Part shown: in pieces, positions 17,507-29,599 of the stretch
How the letters are laid out: every line of letters begins with the position of its first letter
How positions within the stretch are numbered: the stretch's first letter is position 1
Source: Candidatus Jordarchaeia archaeon
GTDB taxonomy: Archaea; Asgardarchaeota; Jordiarchaeia; Jordiarchaeales; Jordiarchaeaceae
Direction: 5' to 3'
Length of the DNA stretch: 41,104 nucleotides
NCBI GenBank assembly: GCA_029856435.1
Contig: JAHQXB010000156.1
Span: 1-41,104 of the forward strand
Notes under the pieces: generated by a model
What the model was told of the DNA's origin: nothing
Seen by the model: the letters and a program-made list of their open reading frames with translations, nothing else
Database searches by the model: none
Translations under genes and position numbers: made by a program

Positions 17507-18316
17507 TTAAGCCTTTTTCGTCTTCTTTTCGGATTCTTCGATGAAGTAGAGTATTGCGTCTATGAAGAAATCTTTTCTTTCCAGAAGTGCGGCGTGGCCG
17601 GCGAAGGGGATGAGGGCGATTTGCGAGTTTGGGATTTGCCTGTGGATAAATTCTGCTTCTTCAACAGGCACCACTTCGTCTTCTCTGCCATGAATGATTA
17701 GTGTTGGTACCTTGATTTTCTTTATTTCTGTTTCCAATGTCAAGGGGCTCTTCATGTAGCCTTGCTGAATCTTTGCTACGGTTGTAGGGTCTCGGGTTCT
17801 CATAGAATCTGCGAATTTTTTCACTTCGTCTTTGTGTCTACGCACGAACATGGGGTGGAAGATATCTTTTATCTCGGTTTCAATGTATGCTTCCAATCCC
17901 TTTTCGGTGAGGGCCTTGGCCCATCTTGCACCCACTTCAATGGTTTTGGGGGGTATTCGCGCTGCAGTGTCTATGAGGATTAGTCCTTTTACTTTTTCTG
18001 GGTGGTTTAATGCCATTTTTAGAGCCACAAAGCCGCCCATGCTCACACCACATATGTAAGCCTTATCTATTTTTAATGTGTCCAAGAGGGCTGCTACATC
18101 ATCTGCAAACATGTCTTGAGTGTAGGGTTGGTTTGGCTTCTCGGATTTTCCATGTCCTCTCAAATCTACAGCTATACACCTAGCTTCCTTGGAGAGTTCG
18201 GGTATCAAAGATGCCCATTCAGTTGAGTCTCCTCCCATTCCATGAATTAAAAGCAATACGGGTCCTTTTCCCTCATCTTCATAATGCATTTCAAAATCAT
18301 TTACTTTGGTCTTCAA
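17507..18316 (-). CDS. Alpha/beta hydrolase (enol-lactonase-like)
   Basis: LIHGMGG, DLRGHG, nucleophile GVSMGG, GREDEVVP, GH. Confidence 0.9.
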   Translation of the reverse strand: MKTKVNDFEMHYEDEGKGPVLLLIHGMGGDSTEWASLIPELSKEARCIAVDLRGHGKSEKPNQPYTQDMFADDVAALLDTLKIDKAYICGVSMGGFVALKMALNHPEKVKGLILIDTAARIPPKTIEVGARWAKALTEKGLEAYIETEIKDIFHPMFVRRHKDEVKKFADSMRTRDPTTVAKIQQGYMKSPLTLETEIKKIKVPTLIIHGREDEVVPVEEAEFIHRQIPNSQIALIPFAGHAALLERKDFFIDAILYFIEESEKKTKKA

Positions 18317-18389
18317 ATTTCTAACCCTCTTCTTAGTTTAAACTTTTACAGTTTTATGAAATATACCTTTTTAAAATATTAATGAATAT

Positions 18390-19913
18390 TTATTTAAAGT
18401 TTTCCCCAGTTTTTAGAGTCCTCCCATAAATTTCTGTCATTTCGCGTAGCTTAGCAGCCACTTTTGAAGTTATCAGTTCCGGTGATAGTCGCCACTTATA
18501 ATTGCCTTCTGTGGTTGCCGGTTTATTCATCCGAGCCTCTTGACCCAAACCTAAGATGTCCTGAATAGGTATTATGGTTGTGTTAGCAACTGACATCATT
18601 GCAAGCCGCACAAACTCCCAGTTTACATTCAGAGAAGATACTTTGCGCCCAATGTACTTGGAGACTCTTTCTTTTTCCTGTGGCGTTGCTTCGTTATCAA
18701 ACCATCCCCTCACCGTATTATTATCATGGGTTCCGGTGTAAACTATACATTCTCTAATGTGGTTGTGTGGAGCGTAGGGATTTGTGGGAAGATCTTCGCT
18801 GAATGCGAATAGAAGTACACGCATTCCTGGTAGGTTGAAGCGACGCATGAGTTCCCTTACATCGTCAGTAATCACACCCAAGTCTTCTGCTATGATGGGC
18901 AGATTGGAGAAGTGCCTAAGAAGTGTGGAAAAGAAATCCTCTCCGGGTCCTGGTACCCATCTACCATTTATGGCTGTTTTTTCACCTGCAGGGACTTCCC
19001 AATATCCGGCAAAGCCTCGAAAGTGGTCAATGCGCACCCAATCATAAAGCTTTAAAGTGTGCTCCATTCTTTGAATCCACCAAGCGTAGTTGTCCTGCTT
19101 TATTACATCCCACCGGTAGACGGGGTTCCCCCAGAGTTGACCCGTGCTGCTGAAATAGTCTGGGGGAACACCGGAAACATATAGTGGCCTTTTTTCTTCA
19201 TCTAGTTTGAAAATTTGGGGGTTTCTCCACACATCTACACTGTCGTAATGGACGTAGATGGGTATGTCGCCTATGATTTGGATGCCTTTCTGGTTGCAAT
19301 ATTTTTTAAGGGAGAACCACTGTTTAAAGAAGAGGTACTGAAGGTACTTTTCTCTCTCTACTCTATCCTGGAGTTCTTCCCTTAATTTTTGTAGGGCTTC
19401 TGGTTGCCTGTTTCTTATTTCTATTGGCCACTCACTCCAAACTTTTCCTTGGAAGCGCGCCTTCGCAGCCATGAAAAGTGAGTAGTCCTCAACCCAGTAC
19501 GCATTTTCTTCACAGAACTTTTCATACTCGTGGAGACTTGTTTTTTCCGTCTTGAAGTGTTGGTAAGCTCTGTCAAAAATATGGTTCTTGAAGCGGATGA
19601 CTTCTGGATAATCAATAATATTTTTTGGAAAAGTAGGTATGGGTTCCACATCCTCTTTTTTAATTAGTCCTTCACTGAGAAGCAGGTCTGGGCTGATAAA
19701 CAAGTTGTTTCCCGCAAAAGCTGAGAAACTGTTGTAGGGCGTGTTGCCAAAGGAGGGATCCGTAGGAGTTAATGGGAGAATCTGCCAGTAACTCTGCCTA
19801 GTTTCGACTAAGAAGTCCACAAATCTGTAGGCCCATGGGCCGAAGTCGCCGATTCCGTAGGGTGATGGTATTGACAGAATGGGGAGAAGAATCCCACAGG
19901 CTCTTTTGTTCAA
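18390..19913 (-). CDS. malQ: 4-alpha-glucanotransferase (amylomaltase, GH77)
   Basis: GIGDFG, WQILPL, GVPPDYFS.TGQLWGNP, catalytic RIDHFRG, AEDLG, THDN. Confidence 0.96.
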   Translation of the reverse strand: MNKRACGILLPILSIPSPYGIGDFGPWAYRFVDFLVETRQSYWQILPLTPTDPSFGNTPYNSFSAFAGNNLFISPDLLLSEGLIKKEDVEPIPTFPKNIIDYPEVIRFKNHIFDRAYQHFKTEKTSLHEYEKFCEENAYWVEDYSLFMAAKARFQGKVWSEWPIEIRNRQPEALQKLREELQDRVEREKYLQYLFFKQWFSLKKYCNQKGIQIIGDIPIYVHYDSVDVWRNPQIFKLDEEKRPLYVSGVPPDYFSSTGQLWGNPVYRWDVIKQDNYAWWIQRMEHTLKLYDWVRIDHFRGFAGYWEVPAGEKTAINGRWVPGPGEDFFSTLLRHFSNLPIIAEDLGVITDDVRELMRRFNLPGMRVLLFAFSEDLPTNPYAPHNHIRECIVYTGTHDNNTVRGWFDNEATPQEKERVSKYIGRKVSSLNVNWEFVRLAMMSVANTTIIPIQDILGLGQEARMNKPATTEGNYKWRLSPELITSKVAAKLREMTEIYGRTLKTGENFK

Positions 19914-19959
19914 ATTAGCATCCTCCTTCTACATGAGAAAGAATTACCCTCTTTATGCC

Positions 19960-21177
19960 TTAAATTAGTGTTGGGATTGTAGTCTTCATGGTCAAAGGCA
20001 GACACATGTAGACCCGAGGCTTCACCACGTCATCCACACCCCTCACGGACTCATAAGGGTCACTCTGCTCCACCCCCATTAAGGGCAACCACCCACAAAA
20101 GAGTCGAACCCTTTTTGTGGGGAAGCTCCTCTCACCCTTGTGGTAGATGTTTATGCAGGCGTTTAAGCTGCCGGCATATTTTGAAGCCACAGTAGGGACA
20201 CCTGAAAACCCTCTGGCTCCTTAGAACTTTATTCAGTCCTCCGCATCTGCTGCAGTTTTTCGAGGTGTACCCTAGGCTGACCTCTACAACTGGAGCCCAG
20301 CTCCTCATCAGGGAGACCAGTAGCCGCCAGTCAGCCTCCCCCAGCCTGCGGTTCCACTTCTTGTGGTGTTTCCTTTGCATTTTTCTTCTCCAGTTTTTCA
20401 AACCCGTGCGGGGAAGGCGGTGGCCAGGTGTTTTACCGGGAGACACAAGTAGTTTTTTACGCGGCCCCTCCATCTTCTTGCGTATTTCTGTTAGAGTTTC
20501 CTTCCCCTGGCCCGGTTTCTGGAGTATACCCGGTTTATGTGGCTTAGCTTTTTTGGTATGTAGTGTGTAGGGGTTTCAGGTCTATTTTTATCCATTCCCA
20601 GCGGGGTGAGAAACCATCAAGGGAGTGCAGGTTTGAGTCCCAGCATATTGCGTCCGCAAACCCTTTTTGGGGGCTGGCCTCCACTGGTATGTGGATTTTT
20701 GTGGGTGTTGGTATGGGTCTCCCTATTCTTCCTGCGGGGGAAGTATCTTCGGGAAGGTTCTATGGTCACATAGTGGTGGGGTTTTATGGTTATGCATAGT
20801 TTTTCTCCGCTTATCTTCATGAGTGTTTGTTTCACTCTTGCGGAGAGGCGTCTGACCACGTGTTCTCTCCTTTTTTTCTTTTTCCTTGGGTATAGTTTCT
20901 TTTCTAGGGGTTTATGGTGGAAGAGGCGGTTTTTATTGCTGAGTCCACCCAGTGCCGGGCGTACCTTCACTCTTTAAGGTATTTTTCCCCTTTTTTTCTT
21001 GGAGGTGTAGCTGGAGCTGTGGGGAGCAGGCGCTTCTGCTTCTTGCCCCTTTAATGGTTTCTCCTTCCACTGGATGTTGTTCCATATGTCTGTGATTGTC
21101 GGGTTGAGTATGGTGAGGTGGGCTTGGGGGAACTGGTCTAGTTGGTGGTTGTGGGGGAGGGTGTAGGTCTTCGTCAT
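19960..21177 (-). pseudogene. tnpB: Frameshifted tnpB (IS200/IS605-family RNA-guided endonuclease) remnant
   Basis: Fragments in different frames: N-terminal MTKTYTLPHNH, ARVKQTL..., YTSKNCSRCG...FRCPYCG zinc finger, then RQL/NACINIY (RuvC-III, consensus DRQLNA.INI with Asp lost); total span about 405 codons. Confidence 0.85.
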
Positions 21178-21289
21178 GGTTTTTTCGCCTTTTTTGGTTG
21201 CCTCTTTTTGGTTTTTGGTTAGTCTCCCTCTATTTTTGGGTTTTTGACTATTTAAGTCCATTTATTTTGAAACTGTTACAAACGGCTTT

Positions 21290-23713
21290 TTATACACATT
21301 TCACTCCTAAAAATTCTCCTAGTTCATTGAAGTGATCCAACCACTTTTTTGCGTTGGGGTTGGTTTCTGCTTTTTTCTGCATGGGGCCGCAGAGCTTTTT
21401 TCCTACTGAGAAATATATGTTTTGGGCTTTCCAGAGGTTCAGTTCTAAGGGAAACACGCTTAAAATATTAAGGGTTTTCACTATGGTTTCAAGCAGAGAG
21501 TCATCTTGAGGTGCCTGTGCGAGTCTTTCCATGAGTTTATTAATTTTCTGGCTCGCCACAAATCCTATGTCGGTTTTGTCTGGTTCTATTGTTCTCTTCT
21601 TCATTTCTGAAACCAATTTTTGTAACTCGTCAATATTGAAGTCTTCGTCCTCCAGCGATTTACGTAGAGCATTAATCAATGTGAACTCAATAACTGCAGC
21701 TAGAGTTTGGGGCGGGGAAATCCCCATCTCGTTTAGGGTTTGGATAATGGGATAATTGTTTTTGTATATTTGGAAAAATAAGTTTTCTATCTTTTTTTGT
21801 GTGGGTTCAAGCATTTTGTTTAAAATTTTTATCTGTTCGTCTCTGAAAAGATGAGAAAGGGAATAAACCTGTTTTCCAAAATATTTATTGATTAATTCGG
21901 CAACTTGGGGGAAGTCACCCTTTAGAAAGGCCTTTTCGGTCCCTTTACGCATTTGGGAAAAAGACTTGCGATCCATGAATTCGCGGACTCCCACCATCAG
22001 GTTTTGGTCTCCGAAATGCAGAACTGCAAAACTCACCACACTTTCTTCCCAAGTAATATCGGAACGCAAACGTACTCTGCCCACGGCAAATTTTTTATTT
22101 CCCGCCTCCAGACTCTCATATGCCTCATTCTTGGCGGTGTAGCAGTATACTTTTTGGGTTTCCCGATACTCTCCAAAAATAGAGGACATGGCGTAGTGCG
22201 CTCCCACCCTAAGCAAATCAGTAATGGAGGGTCTCACCAACATATTGTATACTTGGGCTCCGTTTTGATACTCGGGTATGTTACTCGGTGCCTTTTCAAG
22301 TATTTTGAGATAGTCGGGTTCCAGATCCACGCCGCATAGTTCCTTAGCAAGCTGCATAGCGCGGGCAGCGTATCTCATCACTTGGATAGATTCAATGCCT
22401 GAAATTTCATCAAAGAACCAACCGCAACTCGTATACATAAGCAGGGCGTTTCTCTGCATCTCCAAGAGCTTGAGAACCTTTACCTTTTCCTCCTTGGATA
22501 GTTGCTTTTTGCTATGCTTGGAGAGGAATTGCTCCACATTCTCAACTGAGCGGTTGAGAATAACTTCAATGTAATCGTCCCTCGCCTTCCAAGGGTCTTG
22601 GAAGTATCGGGCTGTTTCCTTTTCGTAGATGAGTTTGACTCTGTCGCCTAGCCAGTCCATCGCCTCGCGTAGGGGTTTTCTCCATTCTTGTTTAAACTTT
22701 GGTTCAGACCCCATTCTGCATCCACAATCACCTCTCCACCTTTCAACACCATGAAAGCAGCTCCAAGATGTGTTTTCAATGATTTCCACTTCATATGTGG
22801 GGGGATTCTTTTCCAGATATTCACCGTATATTGTAATTTTAGCCAGATTTCTTGATTCTATATAGTATAGGCAATAGGAGAGAGCCATATCCCCAAATTT
22901 CAGGTGGTGACCATAAGTTTCTCCATCAGTGGCAATGTGTACAATTTGGGGTTGCCTCTGAGCTTGGGAAAAGCTCCTAACAATTTTTAACGCGAAGTTC
23001 TCTCCATTTTTCAAAAGGTCGCCGAAGGCAACATCCAGGGACACCGATTGGTCGTAGAAGAAGATACATATCGACCTTCCTGAGGGAAGCCTGCACAGGT
23101 AGGGCATTTTGGGATTAATATTTCCCCCCATAACATTATTCCATTTTTCTTCTCCAATTTTTCTGACCCGACTGGCTTGGTGAGGCGCAAGGATGGTGAA
23201 TTTTATACCATATTCCGCCATTATGTCTAGCGTTTCAAGATCCACAGCAGTCTCAGGGAGCCACATGCCTTCTGGTTTCCTACCAAAACGGTGCTCAAAA
23301 TCCCTTATTCCCCAAACCACCTGGGTGCGCTTATCTCTGCTATCGGCAAGGGGCATTATCATGTGATTATAAACCTGAGCAATGGCAGGCCCATGCTCCG
23401 AATACTTCTTCCGGCATTCCTTATCGGTTTCAATAATTGCTTGGTAAACTTCGGGTGCATGTCTCTCCAGCCATAAAAGTAGTGTTGGACCAAAATCAAA
23501 ACTAATTTTTGAATAGTTGTTCACGATCTCGATAATCTTCCTATCACTGTTAAGGATGCGGGAGGCTGTGTTGGGAGCATAACACTCAGCAGTTATTTTT
23601 TCGTTCCAATCATGGTAGGGGCGAGCTCCCTCTTGGAGTTCAACCTCTTCCAGCCAAGGGTTTTCCCTAGGCGGCTGATAAAAGTGACCGTGAATACAAA
23701 CATAATAACTCAC
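21290..23713 (-). CDS. GH57 family glycoside hydrolase with DUF3536-type C-terminus
   Basis: YVCIHGHFYQPPRENPW, YNHMIMPL, GMWLPETAVD, ATDGETYGHH, TSWSC.HGVERW, MYTSCGWFFD. Confidence 0.9.
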   Translation of the reverse strand: MSYYVCIHGHFYQPPRENPWLEEVELQEGARPYHDWNEKITAECYAPNTASRILNSDRKIIEIVNNYSKISFDFGPTLLLWLERHAPEVYQAIIETDKECRKKYSEHGPAIAQVYNHMIMPLADSRDKRTQVVWGIRDFEHRFGRKPEGMWLPETAVDLETLDIMAEYGIKFTILAPHQASRVRKIGEEKWNNVMGGNINPKMPYLCRLPSGRSICIFFYDQSVSLDVAFGDLLKNGENFALKIVRSFSQAQRQPQIVHIATDGETYGHHLKFGDMALSYCLYYIESRNLAKITIYGEYLEKNPPTYEVEIIENTSWSCFHGVERWRGDCGCRMGSEPKFKQEWRKPLREAMDWLGDRVKLIYEKETARYFQDPWKARDDYIEVILNRSVENVEQFLSKHSKKQLSKEEKVKVLKLLEMQRNALLMYTSCGWFFDEISGIESIQVMRYAARAMQLAKELCGVDLEPDYLKILEKAPSNIPEYQNGAQVYNMLVRPSITDLLRVGAHYAMSSIFGEYRETQKVYCYTAKNEAYESLEAGNKKFAVGRVRLRSDITWEESVVSFAVLHFGDQNLMVGVREFMDRKSFSQMRKGTEKAFLKGDFPQVAELINKYFGKQVYSLSHLFRDEQIKILNKMLEPTQKKIENLFFQIYKNNYPIIQTLNEMGISPPQTLAAVIEFTLINALRKSLEDEDFNIDELQKLVSEMKKRTIEPDKTDIGFVASQKINKLMERLAQAPQDDSLLETIVKTLNILSVFPLELNLWKAQNIYFSVGKKLCGPMQKKAETNPNAKKWLDHFNELGEFLGVKCV

Positions 23714-23858
23714 AGAACTGCCTCCATATCTAACGCTGTTCTTTAGAACATTTCACAAATATTGGTTTCTATTTCTCCTCGCCGAAATCTTAGGGTTCCT
23801 CCACAAATATTCTGGGATGCCATTATATTCCTAAACCAGAAGGTTTTCGTTCCCATTT

Positions 23859-25754
23859 TTAGGGTTTCCATTTAAGGAAGAGGGCTCCTAGGGGTGGTAG
23901 GGTAAAGGATATGGAGTAGGGTCTATAGTTCCAAGGAATCATTTTGGCCTTGACTTTGGTGTTCTTGACCAGTCCGCTTCCTCCATATTTTTTGTCATCG
24001 CTGTTTAACACTAGTCTCCAAGTTCCGTCTACCGGAACCCCAACCCTATATTTGTAGCGTGGAACCGGGGTAAAGTTACAGATCACCAGCAGTATGTCCT
24101 TTGTGGTTCTGCCTTTTCTTATGAAGCTTATTACACTCTGCTCCCAGTCAGCAAGATTTATCCATTCAAAACCTTCCTTTTCAAAATCGACTTCGTATAG
24201 GACTGGTTCCCTAATGTAAAACGCGTTTAAATCTTTCACCCATTGCTGGAGGCCCCTGTGTAGTGGATACTGAAGAAGTTGCCAATCTAGGCTTGAATCA
24301 TGATTCCATTCCCTCCACTGCCCAAATTCTCCCCCCATGAATAGAAGCTTTTTGCCCGGATGAGCATACATGTAACCAAATAGTAGGCGTAGGTTTGCAA
24401 ATTTCTGCCACTCATCTCCAGGCATCTTTCCTAGGAGAGAGCCCTTACCATAAACCACCTCATCATGTGAGAGGGGGAGTATAAAGTTTTCTGAGAACGC
24501 ATACCATAAGCTAAACGTGAGTGTGTTGTGGTGATATTTGCGATGAATGGGTTCTTTGGACATATATTCGAGGGTGTCATGCATCCAACCCATATTCCAC
24601 TTCATGCCAAAACCCAAGCCTCCCACATAAGTGGGCCTTGAAACTTGGGGCCAAGCGGTTGACTCCTCAGCTATGGTTTGAACATCGGGAAAATTCCCGT
24701 AAACCACCTCATTCATTCTGCGTATGAAACTAATTGCTTCAAGGTTTTCTTTGCCACCAAACTGGTTAGGAATCCATTCACCGTTCTTTCGAGAATAATC
24801 AAGGTAAAGCATGGATGCCACAGCGTCCACCCTTACTCCATCAACATGGTACTTTGACAGCCAGAATAGAATGCTACTAATGAGAAAGGCGGGCACCTCG
24901 TTCCGAGCATAGTTAAATATGAAACTGTTCCAGTCGGGATGGAATCCTCTCCTTGGATCCTCATATTCATAGAGGTGTGTGCCATCAAAAAAGCCTAGAC
25001 CGTGTTCATCGGTTGGGAAGTGTGAAGGAACCCAATCAAGGAAAACTCCAATGTTATTCTGGTGGAGGCAGTCAATGAGATACATAAAGTCCTGAGGCGT
25101 ACCATATCGACTTGTGGGAGCAAAATATCCCGTTATTTGATACCCCCAAGAGCCATAAAAGGGATGTTCCATAATCGGTAAAAATTCCACATGTGTAAAC
25201 CCCATATCCTGCATATAGTCCACTAGGTACTTGGCCATTTCTCTATAGGTGAGAGACCTATTGTTTTCTTCGGGAACTTTTCGCCATGATCCTAAGTGGA
25301 CTTCGTAAACGGCTATTGGAGAATTGAGCGAATTGTACTTGTAACGGTTGCTCATCCACTCCGCATCCTTCCACTCATATTCTAAATCCCAAACAATAGA
25401 AGCAGTTTTGGGTGGAACCTCACAGTAAAAGGCGAATGGGTCTGCCTTATCCACTTTATATTTATTGAACTTTGATTCAATATGGTATTTGTATAGAGCT
25501 CCTTTGCCGACGCCCGGAATGAATCCCTCAAAGATGCCTGAACCATCCCATCTCACCCCTAAGGGAGATTCCTCCGGATCCCATCCGTTGAAGTCGCCAA
25601 TCACAGAAACACGTTCCGCATTGGGGGCCCAGACCGCAAAGTAGGTGCCACTGCCCTCATTCACTGTAAGGATATGAGCGCCCAGTTTTTCGTAGAGTCG
25701 GTAATGGGTTCCCTCCTTGAAAAAATAGGTGTCATGGTCTGTGATGAGACCCAC
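23859..25754 (-). CDS. glgB: 1,4-alpha-glucan branching enzyme (GH13, bacterial type)
   Basis: [26 protein letters not shown], catalytic [19 protein letters not shown]; start may lie upstream at ATT 25805. Confidence 0.96.
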   Translation of the reverse strand: MGLITDHDTYFFKEGTHYRLYEKLGAHILTVNEGSGTYFAVWAPNAERVSVIGDFNGWDPEESPLGVRWDGSGIFEGFIPGVGKGALYKYHIESKFNKYKVDKADPFAFYCEVPPKTASIVWDLEYEWKDAEWMSNRYKYNSLNSPIAVYEVHLGSWRKVPEENNRSLTYREMAKYLVDYMQDMGFTHVEFLPIMEHPFYGSWGYQITGYFAPTSRYGTPQDFMYLIDCLHQNNIGVFLDWVPSHFPTDEHGLGFFDGTHLYEYEDPRRGFHPDWNSFIFNYARNEVPAFLISSILFWLSKYHVDGVRVDAVASMLYLDYSRKNGEWIPNQFGGKENLEAISFIRRMNEVVYGNFPDVQTIAEESTAWPQVSRPTYVGGLGFGMKWNMGWMHDTLEYMSKEPIHRKYHHNTLTFSLWYAFSENFILPLSHDEVVYGKGSLLGKMPGDEWQKFANLRLLFGYMYAHPGKKLLFMGGEFGQWREWNHDSSLDWQLLQYPLHRGLQQWVKDLNAFYIREPVLYEVDFEKEGFEWINLADWEQSVISFIRKGRTTKDILLVICNFTPVPRYKYRVGVPVDGTWRLVLNSDDKKYGGSGLVKNTKVKAKMIPWNYRPYSISFTLPPLGALFLKWKP

Positions 25755-25827
25755 ATCATACCTTACCTTTTCGTCTTTTCTTCGTCTCCGTTTCCGCTTT
25801 GGAATTTTGAAACCTCCTTTTAACTTG

Positions 25828-28800
25828 TTACTGTATGCTTTGTAAGATGTTTTTTATCCCTTTGATGGGTATAATTGCCCAATCCGGTCGGTTTTCAAGC
25901 TCATAGCCAAGTTCATAAAATGCTTTTTCCAGAAGGAAGGCTTTAAGTAATACTTGGAAATCCTCCTTATCCATAGGCACAATTGGAGCCTTCCCCACAG
26001 TGTTGATGTAGGAATGCAGGAAAACGCCATTTACGTAGTAGCACCATGGTTTAATCCAGGACTCTAGTAGAACAATGTCCTCGGCCCTGAGGGAAGCATG
26101 CTGCTGAAGGGCCCTAAAAGCCACATACTCAAATGAGCGCAATATTGCTGCAACATCCCGTAGGGGGGAGCGTTTTAATCTTCTTTCGCTTAGTGGTCGT
26201 GTAGATTCTCCCTCGAAATCAACAATCACAAAGTCCTTACCAGTATATAAAATATGGTTCAGGTGGTAGCTTCCATGAATGCGTATTTTCATTGTTGAAA
26301 TCTTTTTCCGAAAAATTTTTTGCATATGGTTCAAAACCTCATTCTCAGAAGATATTACCTCAAGGGCTTCTTCCTGTACTTTTTCCGGGAGTTTCTTAAG
26401 GTTTCTGGTTAGTGTTAGCGTTACCCTTCGCACCAACCCCCTCATAGATTGATAAACTGCCCTCTGATAGAGTGTGGAAAAGGGTTCCGGTGTGAATTCG
26501 GGTTTCTCTGTTTCTTGGCTGAGCGTTAAGTGCAGCTCTCCTGTTCTCTTCCCCAGCAGGCTAACCATTTCTAAGTAAGCTCCGCTAATTAACTCTTGGA
26601 ACAGTGAGGGAATTTCTGAAAAATTTAGATCTGGAAAAAGATTTTGCGGGATTTCAGGTGTCTTCTCCTTTTTGGACAGAACTCTTTCAAAATATTGGCT
26701 GACTGCGTCAAAGCTGTATTTCCAAGCGCTACCCTGATTGGGAACATAGCCCTCAAGAACTCCTAGTATGAAGGGCGTTCCGTCCTGTGACAGGTACTGG
26801 ATTACACCTGCAAATGGAGGGGTGTGGGGAAACTTACCTTGACTGGATAGGAATTTTATTATTTCGTGGTCTGGGTTCTCCCCCTCATCCAACTTGCGAT
26901 ACATTTTAAGAAAGAACACATTTTCATAATTAATATCAGTGTCTCCATGCTCACCCTTAATGATCTGAGACTTTAGGGAAGCACCTTTACCACTCAATAG
27001 CTTCCAAAATTTTTGACTCCGAAGGGCAGTAAGCTCGCCCCAATTTCCCCTTATTTTTCTTCTTTGTGAGAACATTGAGAGCAGATACTGACGAAAGTTC
27101 TCATCATAATATGCATCATAGAGAACCCCCTCTTCATCATCCACACGGAGATTCGCTATCACGCACTGTGGGAATTCTTCCACTAATTCTTTAGCTTTAT
27201 CCTTGGAGGCGAAAGATATGGGTAACTGGTACTTTTCCGATATTCCTTCTGAATATTTAACTTCGAAAATTAGCAAGTGCACAAGTGGTGCTTTATCAGG
27301 AATGGGAATGTTACTCGTAACAGAGATTTCCTGTATAGTTAGGGATTTTCCAATAAACCAGCTGCACCCCCTTAAATAGTTGGGCAGAACTTTTCCCTCC
27401 AGCTCCCCCATCATTCTGCCATTTAGCACGTTTTCCCAACTTGCCTTCACAATTAGTCGCGGTAAAACTTTTTCTCTAACGGCACTTTTAAGCTTCTCCT
27501 CCTCTAGCAGCAAGAACCAGTAATAACCATATGGTCCCAGCGTCAGTAGATATTGAGAACCCTTGATGGTGGGGAACTTATTTTTACTGAAAACTTCTTC
27601 TGGAACAAATCCCACATACTTTGAGAGGTCCAACTCCACCACTTGGGAAAACCTTGACAGATTCGCAACTACTAGTATGGCTTCGTCCTGATACTTGCGG
27701 ATGAAAGCTAGGATTTTTGGATTTTCGGGATATAGGAATTCAATACTTCCCCGACCAAAGGCTTTGAAGCGTTTACGCGTAGCAATTAAGCGTTTCATCC
27801 ACCAGAGTAGCGAGTTAAAATTTCTCTCCTGATTCTCCACATTTACTGCTTCATAGTGATATTCGGGGTCAATAATTACCGGGAGATATAGCTTCTGAGG
27901 ATTGGCCTTGGAAAAGCCTGCGTTTCTGTCTGGGCTCCACTGCATTGGTGTGCGAACCCCGTTTCGGTCGCCGAGATAATAGTTGTCTCCCATACCTATT
28001 TCGTCACCATAATAGATAACCGGTGTACCCGGAAAGGAGAGAAGTAGAATATTCATTAATTCTATTTTTCTTCGATCGTTTTCAAGTAGGGGTGCTAAGC
28101 GGCGGCGTATTCCCAAATTTATCCTTGCTTTGGGATCCCTAGCATAGATATGGTACATGTAGTCACGCTCTTCGTCTGTGACCATTTCTAGGGTCAATTC
28201 GTCGTGGTTTCGCAGGAACAACGCCCATTGGCAGGACTCCGGTATATTTGGAGTCTGCTCCATAATATCAATTATTGGAAAGCGATCCTCCATTTGAATC
28301 GCCATAAAGAGTCTGGGCATCAGTGGGAAATGGAAGGCCATGTGGCACCTATTACCCTCGCCAAAATAGGCTACTGCGTCCTCCGGCCACTGGTTGGCTT
28401 CCGCCAGCAGCATGCGGTTCTTAAACTTGCTATCTACATGGGCCCTTAATTTTTCCAAGAATCCGTAAGTTTCTGGGAGATTCTCACAGCTGGTGCCTTC
28501 GCGTTCATACAGGTATGGGACGGCGTCTAACCTTAGGCCATCTACACCCATTTCCAACCAATAGTCAATTACCTGAAATATTGCCTCATGCACCGTGGGG
28601 TTATCATAGTTCAGGTCTGGTTGGTGGGAGTAGAAGCGGTGCCAGTAATAAGCCTTAGCTATGGGGTCCCACGCCCAGTTGGAAGTTTCAAAGTCCTTGA
28701 AGATTATTCTTGCATCCTTATACCTTTCAGGTGTGTCACTCCAGACATAGAAGTTTCTCCATTTGGAGCCTGGCTTGGCTTTTCTTGCTCTCTGAAACCA

Positions 28801-29154
28801 AGGGTTCTGGTCCGATGTATGGTTTAAAACAAGTTCTATAATGACGCGAAGGCCTCGTTTATGAGCCTCCCTTAGGAACTCTCTAAAATCGTTTAGTGTA
28901 CCATAATAGAGGTGGACGCCGAAATAGTCTGCAATGTCGTATCCGTCATCCTTTAGGGGAGAGGGGAAAAAGGGTAAGAGCCATATGGCAGTAACTCCCA
29001 AGCCTTGGAGATAGTCCAGCTTTTTTATGAGCCCCCGAAAGTCCCCTATTCCATCATTGCTGCTATCATAAAATGCCTTAACATGAACCTCATAAATAAT
29101 AGCATCCTTATACCAAAGAGGCTCATCTTCCAAATAGTCTTCACCACTATTCAT
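25828..29154 (-). CDS. treS: Trehalose synthase (GH13) fused to maltokinase-like domain
   Basis: [45 protein letters not shown]; C-terminal kinase-like domain with DFEGE but HGSYH in place of HGDYH. Start ATG 29154. Confidence 0.95.
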   Translation of the reverse strand: MNSGEDYLEDEPLWYKDAIIYEVHVKAFYDSSNDGIGDFRGLIKKLDYLQGLGVTAIWLLPFFPSPLKDDGYDIADYFGVHLYYGTLNDFREFLREAHKRGLRVIIELVLNHTSDQNPWFQRARKAKPGSKWRNFYVWSDTPERYKDARIIFKDFETSNWAWDPIAKAYYWHRFYSHQPDLNYDNPTVHEAIFQVIDYWLEMGVDGLRLDAVPYLYEREGTSCENLPETYGFLEKLRAHVDSKFKNRMLLAEANQWPEDAVAYFGEGNRCHMAFHFPLMPRLFMAIQMEDRFPIIDIMEQTPNIPESCQWALFLRNHDELTLEMVTDEERDYMYHIYARDPKARINLGIRRRLAPLLENDRRKIELMNILLLSFPGTPVIYYGDEIGMGDNYYLGDRNGVRTPMQWSPDRNAGFSKANPQKLYLPVIIDPEYHYEAVNVENQERNFNSLLWWMKRLIATRKRFKAFGRGSIEFLYPENPKILAFIRKYQDEAILVVANLSRFSQVVELDLSKYVGFVPEEVFSKNKFPTIKGSQYLLTLGPYGYYWFLLLEEEKLKSAVREKVLPRLIVKASWENVLNGRMMGELEGKVLPNYLRGCSWFIGKSLTIQEISVTSNIPIPDKAPLVHLLIFEVKYSEGISEKYQLPISFASKDKAKELVEEFPQCVIANLRVDDEEGVLYDAYYDENFRQYLLSMFSQRRKIRGNWGELTALRSQKFWKLLSGKGASLKSQIIKGEHGDTDINYENVFFLKMYRKLDEGENPDHEIIKFLSSQGKFPHTPPFAGVIQYLSQDGTPFILGVLEGYVPNQGSAWKYSFDAVSQYFERVLSKKEKTPEIPQNLFPDLNFSEIPSLFQELISGAYLEMVSLLGKRTGELHLTLSQETEKPEFTPEPFSTLYQRAVYQSMRGLVRRVTLTLTRNLKKLPEKVQEEALEVISSENEVLNHMQKIFRKKISTMKIRIHGSYHLNHILYTGKDFVIVDFEGESTRPLSERRLKRSPLRDVAAILRSFEYVAFRALQQHASLRAEDIVLLESWIKPWCYYVNGVFLHSYINTVGKAPIVPMDKEDFQVLLKAFLLEKAFYELGYELENRPDWAIIPIKGIKNILQSIQ

Positions 29155-29599
29155 AAGTAACCTTCCAGACAACCATAGAAACACTATAATTGAACCAATC
29201 CTTCAATTTTTGGAATTTTCTGAAGTTTTAAAAACTTTATCAACACTTAAAGAAACAAGTCTAAAATCGTACAAATGAATACTCCTATAAAAAGGGGTAT
29301 CATACCAAAAATATTTAGAGGTATGCTAATAAAAGCATTGGTTTTTAAATACTATCCTATAGGTTAAATTTAAAATAGAAAAAAGACTAAATTATCCCTT
29401 TAAAGCCAAAAATTCCAAAGAAATTAGTATCCTAAACACATAAAAAGCCTTAATTTAAAGTAAATACAGCTATTTATTCATACGACAGTGATGGGGTTAA
29501 CGCACCATTACGCGAAATATTCTGCTAACCTCAAGTGAAAACCAAAAAAGGTTTGTGAACACAAGATGTTTCAGAATATGAAAGAGGCTTGACTGAAAA

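Noticed and set aside
20132-21261. Separate small ORFs at 20132..20473, 20617..20970 and 20974..21261 as independent genes
   Set aside because: They are consecutive fragments of one frameshifted tnpB.
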